From a plasmid: 64,000 nucleotides of DNA. The translations under genes and the position numbers were made by a program. Location: NCBI RefSeq assembly GCF_054482595.1, contig NZ_JBTHVH010000001.1. One strand, given 5' to 3'. The notes beneath the pieces were generated by a model that ran no database searches, was not told where the DNA came from, and saw only the letters and a program-made list of their open reading frames with translations. Shown piece by piece: positions 9,203-18,491 of the stretch (positions are counted from its first letter, which is position 1; each line of letters starts with the position of its first letter).

Positions 9203-10792
9203 TTACTTAATAAGCAGCGGTACGCCCTGGATACGACGGGCTACGCCAGTCGGGCAGCAGGCCCAGACTACTTCCCATTTATCGAATTCCGCCTGCGTAA
9301 CTTTCAGCACATACGGTTCTGTACCGTCAGCATCAGGATCACGAGGAGCCACCAGAGCGCCGGAGGCGACAAAGCGATCCAAAAGTTTGGTCATCCCTTT
9401 AGTCAGACCAGCGGCAGTAATACCGTCAGGGCTATGCTTCATCTGGCGGGCTAACTGGACAAAGAAACGGCTGATTGCATTCATCAGGGATGGGACGTGC
9501 TGGAAGTGCAGATAGTTATCCTGCGTGCAGCAAGTTAAAGCATCGTCGATGATCATCTGGCCAGAGGTGCCAACAGATACTTTATTGAGGCGGCCCTTAA
9601 CCATTGCTTCTTCGTCCGGGGTATCTTCCGGATACAGCGGTTGAATTGACGCACGAGCAATGACGGCACGTTCTTCACCAGCCGGTGAGTAATGCCAACC
9701 GCCGACATCAGAGTTTTTCTTGACGCCACGAGCTTTCGCCGCATACGCCGCGCCAGACAGACCGAAGACCACACGGGATTGGGTCCATTTGTCTTTGCAG
9801 GAGAACGGGAAGTGATAGACAGAACAGCTTACATAATCGGTACCAAGTAAACCGGTGCCCTCAACAGCTGTTAGTGCTTCTGCGTACCTTAATGTCGGTT
9901 TGACATCAAAGAAGCCATCAATCAGGCGATCAGAACAGATATTACCTAACGCAGTGATCGCCGCATTGTCATAGCACCCCAGGCCGAGAACAGCGGTGTA
10001 CATGTACGGCGCATTGTTCAGCACTTTCACCGCACGCAGGTACGCAGCGGTTGAGATTTTCGACTGATCGCCGTTGGTACCGCCAGTGAACGCCAACGAT
10101 TTTTTGTTTGTTACTTTCGCTGTCGAAATCAGCTCTTCATTAACAACCGCGCGCAGATATTTAGAACGGGCTTCCAGAGCCGTAGGCAGATAACACAAGC
10201 GGCCCATGTCATCTTTCGCTTCTTCCGCCAAAGACACAGTGTGTGTCTCCAGGGTCGTTACCACGCCGAGCGAAGTCGTCTGGGTCAGTTTTAAGAGGAA
10301 GCGTTCATTACCCGCGCTGTCCGCTGTTGCCGTTTCGATGGTTAACTCACGGGTAGGTGAAATACACGGATCACCATCATCAACGTAGATAGCAAAGGCT
10401 TCGCCACTATCAAGTTCAATTTCAGAACCGTATGGCAACGCACTGTAAGCCGGTTCGCCTGATTCATCGAACATAATAATCGGGAACTTCGCATCATCCG
10501 GAACAGCGCGAACAACATAACCAGACGTTTGCTGAATAGCTTCGTATACATGGCGAATTGGTTCGAACTGTGAGCCGGAAGACGGCTTCAGCGGTTCGCC
10601 GAGAACATCTTCGTAATTGGACTCAGTAACCGCAAGAACAGTAAACGGCTTGCCACGCGCAAATACGCCAATACCAGCCCACAAGCTGCTATTTAATGCA
10701 ACACCGGTAGATAACGTCGCATCGGCATTGATCGGGCTAACAGCGACGCCGGATGCATTACCTAATGACTGTTGAATTGAATATTGAGACAT
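9203..10792 (-). CDS. 22: contractile tail sheath protein
   Basis: 529 aa. P1 synteny, downstream of the capsid gene. Confidence 0.8.
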   Translation of the reverse strand: MSQYSIQQSLGNASGVAVSPINADATLSTGVALNSSLWAGIGVFARGKPFTVLAVTESNYEDVLGEPLKPSSGSQFEPIRHVYEAIQQTSGYVVRAVPDDAKFPIIMFDESGEPAYSALPYGSEIELDSGEAFAIYVDDGDPCISPTRELTIETATADSAGNERFLLKLTQTTSLGVVTTLETHTVSLAEEAKDDMGRLCYLPTALEARSKYLRAVVNEELISTAKVTNKKSLAFTGGTNGDQSKISTAAYLRAVKVLNNAPYMYTAVLGLGCYDNAAITALGNICSDRLIDGFFDVKPTLRYAEALTAVEGTGLLGTDYVSCSVYHFPFSCKDKWTQSRVVFGLSGAAYAAKARGVKKNSDVGGWHYSPAGEERAVIARASIQPLYPEDTPDEEAMVKGRLNKVSVGTSGQMIIDDALTCCTQDNYLHFQHVPSLMNAISRFFVQLARQMKHSPDGITAAGLTKGMTKLLDRFVASGALVAPRDPDADGTEPYVLKVTQAEFDKWEVVWACCPTGVARRIQGVPLLIK

Positions 10793-10852
10793 AACTTTCC
10801 CTGTTATGCGCCCCGCACGGGGGCGCTATGTTAAACGGAGAACTTCCCCTGA

Positions 10853-12580
10853 TTACTCAGAGTCACCGGCATCAATCGTGTCGCCGCTTATGAAGTTAAG
10901 CCCGCCTTTTTTGGCCATTGTCAGCGTTACACGAGTGAAGTAATCAGCGCCGTTGCGTGGGTGCATATCATTGATAGCCGAACCCCACAGCGTGGTACGA
11001 TTGACCAGCGCCGGAGTGGTCGGATGCTGGAACGGGATGGCCGGGACAGCATCACCAGTCACGAAGCCTGCTTTACCCGGATTTTCATCACGGACGTAGC
11101 ACAGCACATCCATCGAGCTGAACTGAATGTTCTCTGTCGTTAAGTTCTTACAAATACCAGCAGGTACTTCGTACACTTTCACGTTACCGAACAGGGTACC
11201 GATGTAGTGAACATACGGAGTCTGGATATAGTCTTCGGCTGGCTGGAAGAAATCCTTCGGCAACTGTTTGAAGAAAGATGCTGCATCAGCACCAGCAAAC
11301 ATCCCCATCGCACCAGAAGATTTAACGCGCTCAATAATGTCGCGATATACAGTCTGGAATTTGCCACGAATGATGGTTGCCCATACATCAAAGGACTGGT
11401 TAACCGGCAGAGCGATGTCAAAGGTGTCGGTCGCAAGAGTGCGCCAGATCATGATGCGAAGACGCAGCATATCCTGTTCATGAGACAGGTATTCCTTCAG
11501 GGTGCGGAACTGTAGGGAACCCAGGTCCAGACCAAATTCACGCTGTGCTTCATACGCCGCCTGTACCGTGTGCTCAGCCGCGATAACGAACTGACTTGGG
11601 AACAGGGTGTATTTCTTCATTTCGTGGTTGATCAGCGGGATCAGCTCAGGAGCGGCTTCAATATTGATTTCCGTCTCAATTGCGATCTCAGTGCCTTTAT
11701 CCGGCGCTTTGGAGAACGACAGGGCAATCTGACCAATGTTGTAGTTCAGAGAGCAGGTAACAGTGATTTGCTCACCAGCAGCATTAGTAAACGAGTGAAG
11801 TAGGCTGCCGGAACCGTTATCAACAACAGACTTAATACGGTTAACGTAGATGTTAGTGCGACCTTTTCGGATTGGTACATTCCGGCCTTCGAAGTCTTCC
11901 ATCTTGAAGGTTGCGGTTTTGCTGGTGCCATCGGAGCTTGCCACCAGCACATAGCGGCGGCGTAACTGGCTGTACACACCGACGGATTGCATGTCCAGAA
12001 CATCACCAGCAGCATAAGAACCAAAAGAGGAACCTGCCACGTTAAAGACTTCATAGATGTCGGACTGGTCACGCGTAACCGGAATGAAGGTACACGCATC
12101 AGCGGTAGCTGCCCCCAACTGAACAGGCAGGATCATCGCGAGGAATAAAGGCAGACGCATAACACCGTCAGAAACGCTCATCATCTCTGCTGCGACGGAT
12201 TCCAGCATCGCTTTATTAGTGGCATCCATGCTGTTGCGGGTGGACTCAATCAGGCAGTTTTCCAGCGTCTGGTGGCAGGAGGCCAGAATTTCCGGACGCG
12301 GCATAGATTTATGTGCTGCGGCGTAGTCAGCCAGTGCACTTGCCCACGCTGTAGCGATTTGAGCGGTGGCATTATCAGAGATACCCGCAAAAATTGGGTC
12401 TTTACGTGCAGCTTCAAGGATAGATGCGGCACGCGCGGCATCATCTTTAATGAATTGGTTATCAGTACCGAACTGCGCAGTGCTTGCCCAGCCAAGCACA
12501 GCTTTAGAGCGTTTTGCGATATCTGCAATACGATTCTGGTATTCGCGTAAGTTACTCAATTTACTCTTCCTTAAACACAA
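10853..12580 (-). CDS. 23: major head protein
   Basis: Large late ORF. The likely real start is TTG at 12559, 7 nt after AGGAAG (568 aa). Confidence 0.8.
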   Translation of the reverse strand: MCLRKSKLSNLREYQNRIADIAKRSKAVLGWASTAQFGTDNQFIKDDAARAASILEAARKDPIFAGISDNATAQIATAWASALADYAAAHKSMPRPEILASCHQTLENCLIESTRNSMDATNKAMLESVAAEMMSVSDGVMRLPLFLAMILPVQLGAATADACTFIPVTRDQSDIYEVFNVAGSSFGSYAAGDVLDMQSVGVYSQLRRRYVLVASSDGTSKTATFKMEDFEGRNVPIRKGRTNIYVNRIKSVVDNGSGSLLHSFTNAAGEQITVTCSLNYNIGQIALSFSKAPDKGTEIAIETEINIEAAPELIPLINHEMKKYTLFPSQFVIAAEHTVQAAYEAQREFGLDLGSLQFRTLKEYLSHEQDMLRLRIMIWRTLATDTFDIALPVNQSFDVWATIIRGKFQTVYRDIIERVKSSGAMGMFAGADAASFFKQLPKDFFQPAEDYIQTPYVHYIGTLFGNVKVYEVPAGICKNLTTENIQFSSMDVLCYVRDENPGKAGFVTGDAVPAIPFQHPTTPALVNRTTLWGSAINDMHPRNGADYFTRVTLTMAKKGGLNFISGDTIDAGDSE

Positions 12581-12610
12581 GGCACTTGTGTGAATCCCTT
12601 TTCGGAAGAG

Positions 12611-12627
12611 ATTTTATTGAAAGTCAC
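12611..12627 (-). promoter_or_regulatory. late-promoter-like motif GTGACTT-N4-TAAAAT upstream of gene 23
   Basis: Minus strand reads AAGTCAACAAGTGACTTTCAATAAAAT. Inverted half-sites AAGTCA/TGACTT. Confidence 0.5.
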
Positions 12628-12697
12628 TTGTTGACTTTCTCGTGACAAGCAATTTTTTTATTTTTTTCGGGAGTAGGGGAGGAAGGTAAAATCCAAG

Positions 12698-12780
12698 GTG
12701 AAATCGTGGCGATTTCACCTTGAAATTTTAGAGGGATTTACTTTAAAAACAGTAGGTTAATAGTGAAATTTAAATGGCGA
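12698..12780. other. parS: parS partition site
   Basis: Box A heptamers ATTTCAC/GTGAAAT at 12698, 12712 and 12763. Box B TGGCGA at 12707 and 12775. AT-rich IHF-type spacer. Confidence 0.85.
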
Positions 12781-12784
12781 AAGT

Positions 12785-13786
12785 TTAAGGCTTCGGCTTT
12801 TTATCGAGGCTCTTTCTAAGGATATGCCCAATCATCCTGTCGAGTTCTTCCTGTAGCTCTTTTGAAAGTCGATTAAACTCATAAGAAAATGCACGGCCTT
12901 TCACGCGCTTCCTTGCAAAGCGATCCTTGTCCTCAAATTTCCATAATTCAGTAACTACGGACTTATCTTTAGAACCTTTATCCGTGAGTAGTGAGGCTTC
13001 CTTTGTTATCAAGCGCAGGATTTTATTTTTAACTTCATCTTCGGCCATTTCTTCAATGGATAAGATGTCGTTTATTTCCGGGGATATGTTTTGAATAAGC
13101 TGATCAAACTCTAAATTCTTGTTCCCCATTTCGTCGCCAACAGCACAAAGCGTTTTGTAGTCCGAAAAGGTTAATTCCGACTGCACAGGGAAAAGGGCGA
13201 CTAATTCTTCCGGAGCACTCGCTGCCTGGAGAGCACGCGTGACCTTCGCCTGAGACAGCCCTTCTTTGGCTGCAATATCCTTCTGACTCATCCCATCATT
13301 TTTCATTCGCATCAAACGCAGACCTATTTCTCGAATGCTGTGCTGCAATGCTGTCTGAACGTCTTTCGCTAAATTTTGCGCTTCCTGAACGCTGATCTCC
13401 TGGTCCGTGACTAAAACCCGCAACCCTACGTTCTCTAAGATGGCAGAAGCTCGACGCCGGGAACCATCCAAAATTTCAATTTTCCCTGTAGCCCGTCTGA
13501 CACCTATTGCAGGGTAAAATTGCTGATGCTTAATAGTGCTTCGGATACTTTTTAATGATTTTGGCGTAAGAGATGCCTGGTCACGCCCGTTGTTATGCTG
13601 ATCAACAAAGGTATCGCTTTCTACCTGGTTCGGAGGTATTACCTCTTCAATAAATGTGGCCTGGCGACCAGTTGATAACTTGAATACCTGCTCGACTCGA
13701 TCGCCAGAGGCTGAAGAACTATCAAATCCGCTTAATATTGAAGGATTAAGGGTTCGCCCAATTGTTGGTCTGTTTTTCTTTGACAT
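12785..13786 (-). CDS. parB: ParB
   Basis: 333 aa, P1 length and synteny. Confidence 0.9.
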   Translation of the reverse strand: MSKKNRPTIGRTLNPSILSGFDSSSASGDRVEQVFKLSTGRQATFIEEVIPPNQVESDTFVDQHNNGRDQASLTPKSLKSIRSTIKHQQFYPAIGVRRATGKIEILDGSRRRASAILENVGLRVLVTDQEISVQEAQNLAKDVQTALQHSIREIGLRLMRMKNDGMSQKDIAAKEGLSQAKVTRALQAASAPEELVALFPVQSELTFSDYKTLCAVGDEMGNKNLEFDQLIQNISPEINDILSIEEMAEDEVKNKILRLITKEASLLTDKGSKDKSVVTELWKFEDKDRFARKRVKGRAFSYEFNRLSKELQEELDRMIGHILRKSLDKKPKP

Positions 13787-13802
13787 GGGGGTTTCTTACT
13801 CC

Positions 13803-14999
13803 TCAGTTAGATCTGATAAATTCAATACGGTCAAAAACTGCTTTAGCAAAATCTTCCGCAGCAATTCGCGCGTTCTTCAATGCATCAGCACTACCAACAT
13901 ACGTTGCCGGGTTAGCTGAAATAACAGTGTCAAAAGACTCGCCGCAGCGTTCAAAACCGTCAAGGCGAGGGAGGACAACATCAAGCATATCCCCACCGAA
14001 CACTTCTTTAGCCAGGCTATGGCAATACTTATGGTCTGCCTTGTTACTCAACTTGGACATAAAACCAATGTTAGTTGCAAGCTGACACTCGCAGCCTTCA
14101 TCCGAAATGAGTTTCACCAACTCAGGAAGGCGGGCAACGTATTTAAGCGATGAGTGGAAATCAACCGTTGCAGGCGGCAGAGGTGTAAACAGTATATTGG
14201 CCGAGGCCAAAGCATTTTTCAGGAAGGCGTCAAGGTGAGGACCACTATCAACGAGGATAAAGTCATAATCGCTCTTCAGCTTATCAATCACATTCTCTTT
14301 CAGGACAGCATGGATGTTCTGACCCGGTAGATGCTCATTGCACAGCTCTCTCCAATCGGATGCAATAAAGGCATCGTCAATCGACGCAGGCATAACGTCA
14401 ACCCCAGGTACAACAGAAGGAACAATAAACTCCTCTAACAGCTCTTCACGGCTTACATTCTGCAACATAGCCTGTGCAGATGTTGCGTTTACGATACCAA
14501 TAGAGTGTTTATGGCTTAAAAACATCGTTGCTGAAGATTGCGGATCAAGGTCAATAACCAGAATCCTTAAATCTTCCATCAGAAGATGAGGGTGGGCACG
14601 CATTGCATGCGCCAGAGAAACCGTCGATACAGTTTTTGACACACCGCCTTTAAGATTGGAGATGAAAATCACATACGCTTCGCTGTAGCGATCCCGGTAT
14701 TTTGGCACTCCGCGATGTTCATATATGTCAATGATGTTCTGAATTGACATCGCATATTTCATTGAAGAGCCAGCAGGGCGTTTATCGAAAACATAACCCT
14801 TTTCTTCCATTTCACTTACGGCATAGTCAACGTTCGCACGAGTCAGTAGAGGCAATTTTGCCAGTGCCGCTTTCGCATAGACCTGGTAAAACTCGTTCGC
14901 GTGTAGCTCATCCTTTTGCAACTGTACTTGTTCAGTCAGAACATTGAGCATTCTATTTGCTCTTTGAGCAACCTTGTGAAGCTGGCTGGAATCACTCAT
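13803..14999 (-). CDS. parA: ParA partition ATPase
   Basis: 398 aa. Deviant Walker A KGGVSKT. Confidence 0.9.
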   Translation of the reverse strand: MSDSSQLHKVAQRANRMLNVLTEQVQLQKDELHANEFYQVYAKAALAKLPLLTRANVDYAVSEMEEKGYVFDKRPAGSSMKYAMSIQNIIDIYEHRGVPKYRDRYSEAYVIFISNLKGGVSKTVSTVSLAHAMRAHPHLLMEDLRILVIDLDPQSSATMFLSHKHSIGIVNATSAQAMLQNVSREELLEEFIVPSVVPGVDVMPASIDDAFIASDWRELCNEHLPGQNIHAVLKENVIDKLKSDYDFILVDSGPHLDAFLKNALASANILFTPLPPATVDFHSSLKYVARLPELVKLISDEGCECQLATNIGFMSKLSNKADHKYCHSLAKEVFGGDMLDVVLPRLDGFERCGESFDTVISANPATYVGSADALKNARIAAEDFAKAVFDRIEFIRSN

Positions 15000-15138
15000 C
15001 GAAAGTCATCCTTTATGCTGTATTTTTGAATTTAATTAAAAATGCTGCATAAAATAATAATGTATGCGTAGATGCTTGTACATAGCATTCTCTGCATGTT
15101 TGGTTCATTTTGCACGATTGAGAGTTACAAGGAGGGCA

Positions 15139-15160
15139 CAAAAAAGCCCCGTTCAGGGGC
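15139..15160 (-). terminator. terminator after the inserted 134-aa gene, just upstream of the par promoter region
   Basis: GCCCC-GTTCA-GGGGC, with a T-run on the minus strand. Confidence 0.65.
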
Positions 15161-15167
15161 ATCAGTG

Positions 15168-15572
15168 TTATTTGCTAAGAGCAGCGAATAATCGTTCGAA
15201 ATCGATAGTATCTATAGCACGCGTAAGCGCCGGAAGTTCAGCCTCAAAGTACCCGTGTCGATCGTAAAAGAAGGGACCGAAGAGCGAGGCATGTTGGATT
15301 CTACTTCGCCCCAGCCCGGACACACAGTTAAGCCCATTACCGGCTAAAAGGCTAAAAAACTTCTCTGGATTATCGTGGTAAAGCTGGGAATCAATGGTGG
15401 CGGTTAACTCTTCCATAGGGAAGCACACCCGCCCTGTATCCCAGGGATATTTAGTCCGAAGCATAAACATTGCTTTCAGCAATTCACATTGAGCGCGGAT
15501 CGCGTCCGGTTCATAGCCAGATATGGAGACATAAGCCACGTCCCTCATTCCTGCGTCATCTTTGAAAGTCAC
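15168..15572 (-). CDS. hypothetical protein, GTG start
   Basis: 134 aa. The frame stays open about 95 nt further upstream without an ATG, so it is possibly truncated. Confidence 0.45.
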   Translation of the reverse strand: MTFKDDAGMRDVAYVSISGYEPDAIRAQCELLKAMFMLRTKYPWDTGRVCFPMEELTATIDSQLYHDNPEKFFSLLAGNGLNCVSGLGRSRIQHASLFGPFFYDRHGYFEAELPALTRAIDTIDFERLFAALSK

Positions 15573-15698
15573 GATAGAAGTAACATCCAGCTCTTTTTCG
15601 AAAGAGCAAGCAGCATCTACTGGACGCTGAAGTAAATCATTCGACTTAATGCGCTCGAGAATCCCTCCCTACATATCATTTAGATATTCGATATGAGC

Positions 15699-15977
15699 CT
15701 AAACCTTATCAAGACACTCTCGTGTAAACCATTCAGTATGCCCGCCACCGGCGCTTTTCTCCCACGGCGCATTCCAGGGGAAAAAGGTTGCGTGTAAAGC
15801 CCGCTCAAGATTAACTATTGCCAAACGCGTACCACGATAGACCCGTGAAAGCGCAAAATCGGGACTCACTTGTAGCCCTTTAAACCGTGCCAATGGACCA
15901 CATGAAATGCCGATTTTAAAAGTATCTCCATTCTCCGGCACCAGAACGTAGAGGTAGTGTTGTTTCTCTTCTTGCAT
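15699..15977 (-). CDS. small T5orf172/MUG113 (GIY-YIG-like) domain protein
   Basis: YLYVLV...KIGIS...ERALHATF...HTEWF pattern. Confidence 0.5.
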   Translation of the reverse strand: MQEEKQHYLYVLVPENGDTFKIGISCGPLARFKGLQVSPDFALSRVYRGTRLAIVNLERALHATFFPWNAPWEKSAGGGHTEWFTRECLDKV

Positions 15978-16009
15978 ATCAATACCACTGCTTGATGAGA
16001 ACCGCGCAA

Positions 16010-16240
16010 ATGTTGACTATGCGCGATGTGACTACAGTCAAAAGTTGACTGTAGTCGATTTAACTCCACCAAAGATCGACTATGTAAGATATTGTCGGGA
16101 GAAACGTTGACTATACGCGATGAAATGCCCCTAAAAGCCATCTCAATAGCGACTTGCAGAATATTGACGCCAGCAAAAATCCACCAGCGTCAACGAATGT
16201 CGCCTATAGTCAACTTCTCGCTATCGCATATAGTCAATAT
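16010..16240. repeat. incA: incA-type iteron array (at least 9 copies, both orientations, core AGTCAA/TTGACT)
   Basis: Cores at 16013, 16036, 16045, 16107, 16207 and 16231, plus degenerate copies. Confidence 0.75.
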
Positions 16241-17124
16241 TATGGATTGCGCTTATGGATCTGGAAGCCGATTTTCCTGCCGTTTTTTATCTCTGAAAAT
16301 TTAAGATATTCAATAGCTTCCAAATCTTTCATGGCTTTTCTGATAACGCTATTTTGCACGCTAACGGATGATTTGAGATTAAGCCTCGCTCTAAGGCGCT
16401 CAATGCTGACAGGTGCCGGGTTGGCGGGTAGAGCCTCAAAGAATGTATACAGTACCTTGGCCGTCTCTTTGCGCCCTAGTTTATCCAGCATCTTCAGCTT
16501 CAGGATTCGCTTATAGTCAACATAGTAAAGTTCAGATAGCTGTTTCTGCGGCTGGATCTCGATAACATCAAGCTCGGTATTCAGGCTGCTATATGCCAAC
16601 AAGTTGACGTTAATGTTATTGAGATGACCTTTTGCCGCCGGGAAGCGGAATTTGACAACTGTCTGCTGAATGCGTGTCAGAGAGTCATCAATACTTTTAC
16701 GGAACGCCTTTGAAAGGCGCTTACGTGGATAGCCGCATCGATCGGCAAACTCGGAGAATGGCAGGGTGATTATGCCGTCATCATCAGGTGCGTAGTCAAA
16801 CAACGCGGAGGTTATGCCCACCCACACCTTAAAATCAGTATCCATATCCAGGCGTGGACCATGAATTTCAATTCCCTCATAGCCTTCCTGCTCAACAATT
16901 TTGAGGCTTGATAGTTCTTCAGTTGCGTTCGTTGTGTTTGTTGTAACTGACGATCCGCGACGTAGCGCCACATTGGTAGATTTTAAGGTTGGCACAAACA
17001 CACCTAAGCGCAACAAAGCGATGGGTTGTATAGTGCTGTTGTTATTGGGCTTCAGGCTGTGGATTTCTCCTGTATTTCCTGCAACTTCTTCAACGCTAAG
17101 GAAGCCTTTACTTTCTTCCGGCAT
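16240..17124 (-). CDS. repA: RepA plasmid replication initiator (diverged from what I recall of P1 RepA)
   Basis: Shares GPRLDMDTDFK and other blocks with remembered P1 RepA. ATG at 17124 with GGAGAA. 294 aa. Confidence 0.8.
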   Translation of the reverse strand: MPEESKGFLSVEEVAGNTGEIHSLKPNNNSTIQPIALLRLGVFVPTLKSTNVALRRGSSVTTNTTNATEELSSLKIVEQEGYEGIEIHGPRLDMDTDFKVWVGITSALFDYAPDDDGIITLPFSEFADRCGYPRKRLSKAFRKSIDDSLTRIQQTVVKFRFPAAKGHLNNINVNLLAYSSLNTELDVIEIQPQKQLSELYYVDYKRILKLKMLDKLGRKETAKVLYTFFEALPANPAPVSIERLRARLNLKSSVSVQNSVIRKAMKDLEAIEYLKFSEIKNGRKIGFQIHKRNP

Positions 17125-17204
17125 CACGGTTTCTCCATGTGTGGCGCGGCCTGACGTCAATTTGGATGGCTGTTATCAACAGCTGTGAATATTCAGACTC
17201 TAAA

Positions 17205-17310
17205 ATCGCTTACAGTCAATGTTTCTGTCGCGTATAGTCAACAATAAATCGCGTGCAGTCAACAATAAATCGTGCACAGTCAACATAAAATCGCGTATAG
17301 TCAATGTTGA
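17205..17310. repeat. five direct origin iterons (incC) with 21-22-bp spacing
   Basis: AGTCAA cores at 17214, 17236, 17257, 17278 and 17299, in CGCGTATAGTCAAC-like units. Confidence 0.8.
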
Positions 17311-17420
17311 TCCCATTTCAGGCCAGTAATGACGCGGCTTACAGCGATCCGGGATCTTCTTTGGATCTTCCTAGGTTCTCTTTAGGATCTGTTTATTGGA
17401 TCTATGCTGTGGATAAGTTG
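17311..17420. other. oriR: oriR-type region: GATC cluster plus DnaA box
   Basis: Six GATC sites between 17313 and 17400. TGTGGATAA at 17408-17416. Confidence 0.7.
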
Positions 17421-17459
17421 AATAAACCGGCCAACAAAGCCGGTTGGAAGGAAGTCATA

Positions 17460-17852
17460 TTATTCTACGCTTTCGATAAGAAGACCATGTTCATAACATT
17501 TAAGCTCATCGCCTTCGTACAGGAATTGGTATCCAATACCACCATTTTCATGGACATTAGGGAATAACTCATAACTCACTGAAGAGCAAATCACACCAAT
17601 GCAACGATCAACGCCTTCTCGTTCTTCAGTGCTGAAAAAATCCTCTTCGGTAAGAACATGAGTACATTGCTCATCAGCATAGGTCGGAAATACATGCTCG
17701 ATGCAATCCGGGTGTTTTAAACCAAGCTGATCGGCAAGCTCGAAAGCATGACGGTATTGTTCAGATCCTGGCTTGCCAACAGTGATGTGCTCAATTTTGT
17801 AGATTGAAGTCGCTTTGTTGATAGTTTGCTTTACTGTTACTTTATCAGACAT
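17460..17852 (-). CDS. hypothetical protein (P1 upfA position)
   Basis: 130-aa ORF. Confidence 0.6.
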   Translation of the reverse strand: MSDKVTVKQTINKATSIYKIEHITVGKPGSEQYRHAFELADQLGLKHPDCIEHVFPTYADEQCTHVLTEEDFFSTEEREGVDRCIGVICSSVSYELFPNVHENGGIGYQFLYEGDELKCYEHGLLIESVE

Positions 17853-17863
17853 AAAAATCCCTT

Positions 17864-18196
17864 TTAGTTACCGCTGATAGCGCGGTTGTAATCATTAACG
17901 TTGCGATTCTTCCTGTTAATCCCCATCAGCATCGTTTCTGTATCGAGGATATACGCTGGCAGATCATCAAAATATTCACTGCTAAACTCTGGCATCCTGC
18001 ACATAAATGCACTTTTTGGGGCAGGGTGGTTAACCTTTGTCGGCGTCGGCGTTAAATTCGCTGATCGACTCCCGGAGCAACCGCTGAGTGTCAGCAGGAA
18101 TACGCTGGCGAACATTACCCGCCGCAACCAGTTGTTTCTGAACTTCAGCTTTTCGTTCCATTTGCCTGTCAGCATATTTGGCTTGTTCTGATTCAT
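17864..18196 (-). CDS. mlp: small lipoprotein
   Basis: Lipobox LTLSGC. Start uncertain (ATG options at 18196, 18175 or 18115). Confidence 0.55.
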   Translation of the reverse strand: MNQNKPNMLTGKWNEKLKFRNNWLRRVMFASVFLLTLSGCSGSRSANLTPTPTKVNHPAPKSAFMCRMPEFSSEYFDDLPAYILDTETMLMGINRKNRNVNDYNRAISGN

Positions 18197-18452
18197 TTTT
18201 CACTTCCTGGCTGTGAAAATGTTGCTCTGCTTTGTTCATCGTCTCAATGGTCTGGTTAAGATCCATTATTGACTTATCACGTTCCTTAACAGCCTGATCA
18301 AGACTGCCAATTTTCTCGATGGCTTGCTTTAGCTGATGACGTTCCCATGCAAACCCAGCACCAACAAGTGCGCAAATCAGAACAAGAACACCAGTAGCAG
18401 CAAGTTTCTCCTTCAAAGACAAAGCTGTTTTTAACGTAGAAAAGAATGACAT
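18030..18452 (-). CDS. membrane-anchored coiled-coil protein (P1 ppfA position)
   Basis: ATG at 18452 after AGGAGG. N-terminal TM helix. Overlaps mlp in another frame. Confidence 0.6.
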   Translation of the reverse strand: MSFFSTLKTALSLKEKLAATGVLVLICALVGAGFAWERHQLKQAIEKIGSLDQAVKERDKSIMDLNQTIETMNKAEQHFHSQEVKNESEQAKYADRQMERKAEVQKQLVAAGNVRQRIPADTQRLLRESISEFNADADKG

Positions 18453-18491
18453 GTCTTCCTCCTGAAGAAAAATTATCAATGAAGTCCTTTG

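Noticed and set aside
16010-17310. Possible CRISPR-like repeat array
   Set aside because: The repeats are ~20-bp iterons in both orientations flanking repA, with a DnaA box and a GATC cluster. They have no uniform spacers and no cas genes.
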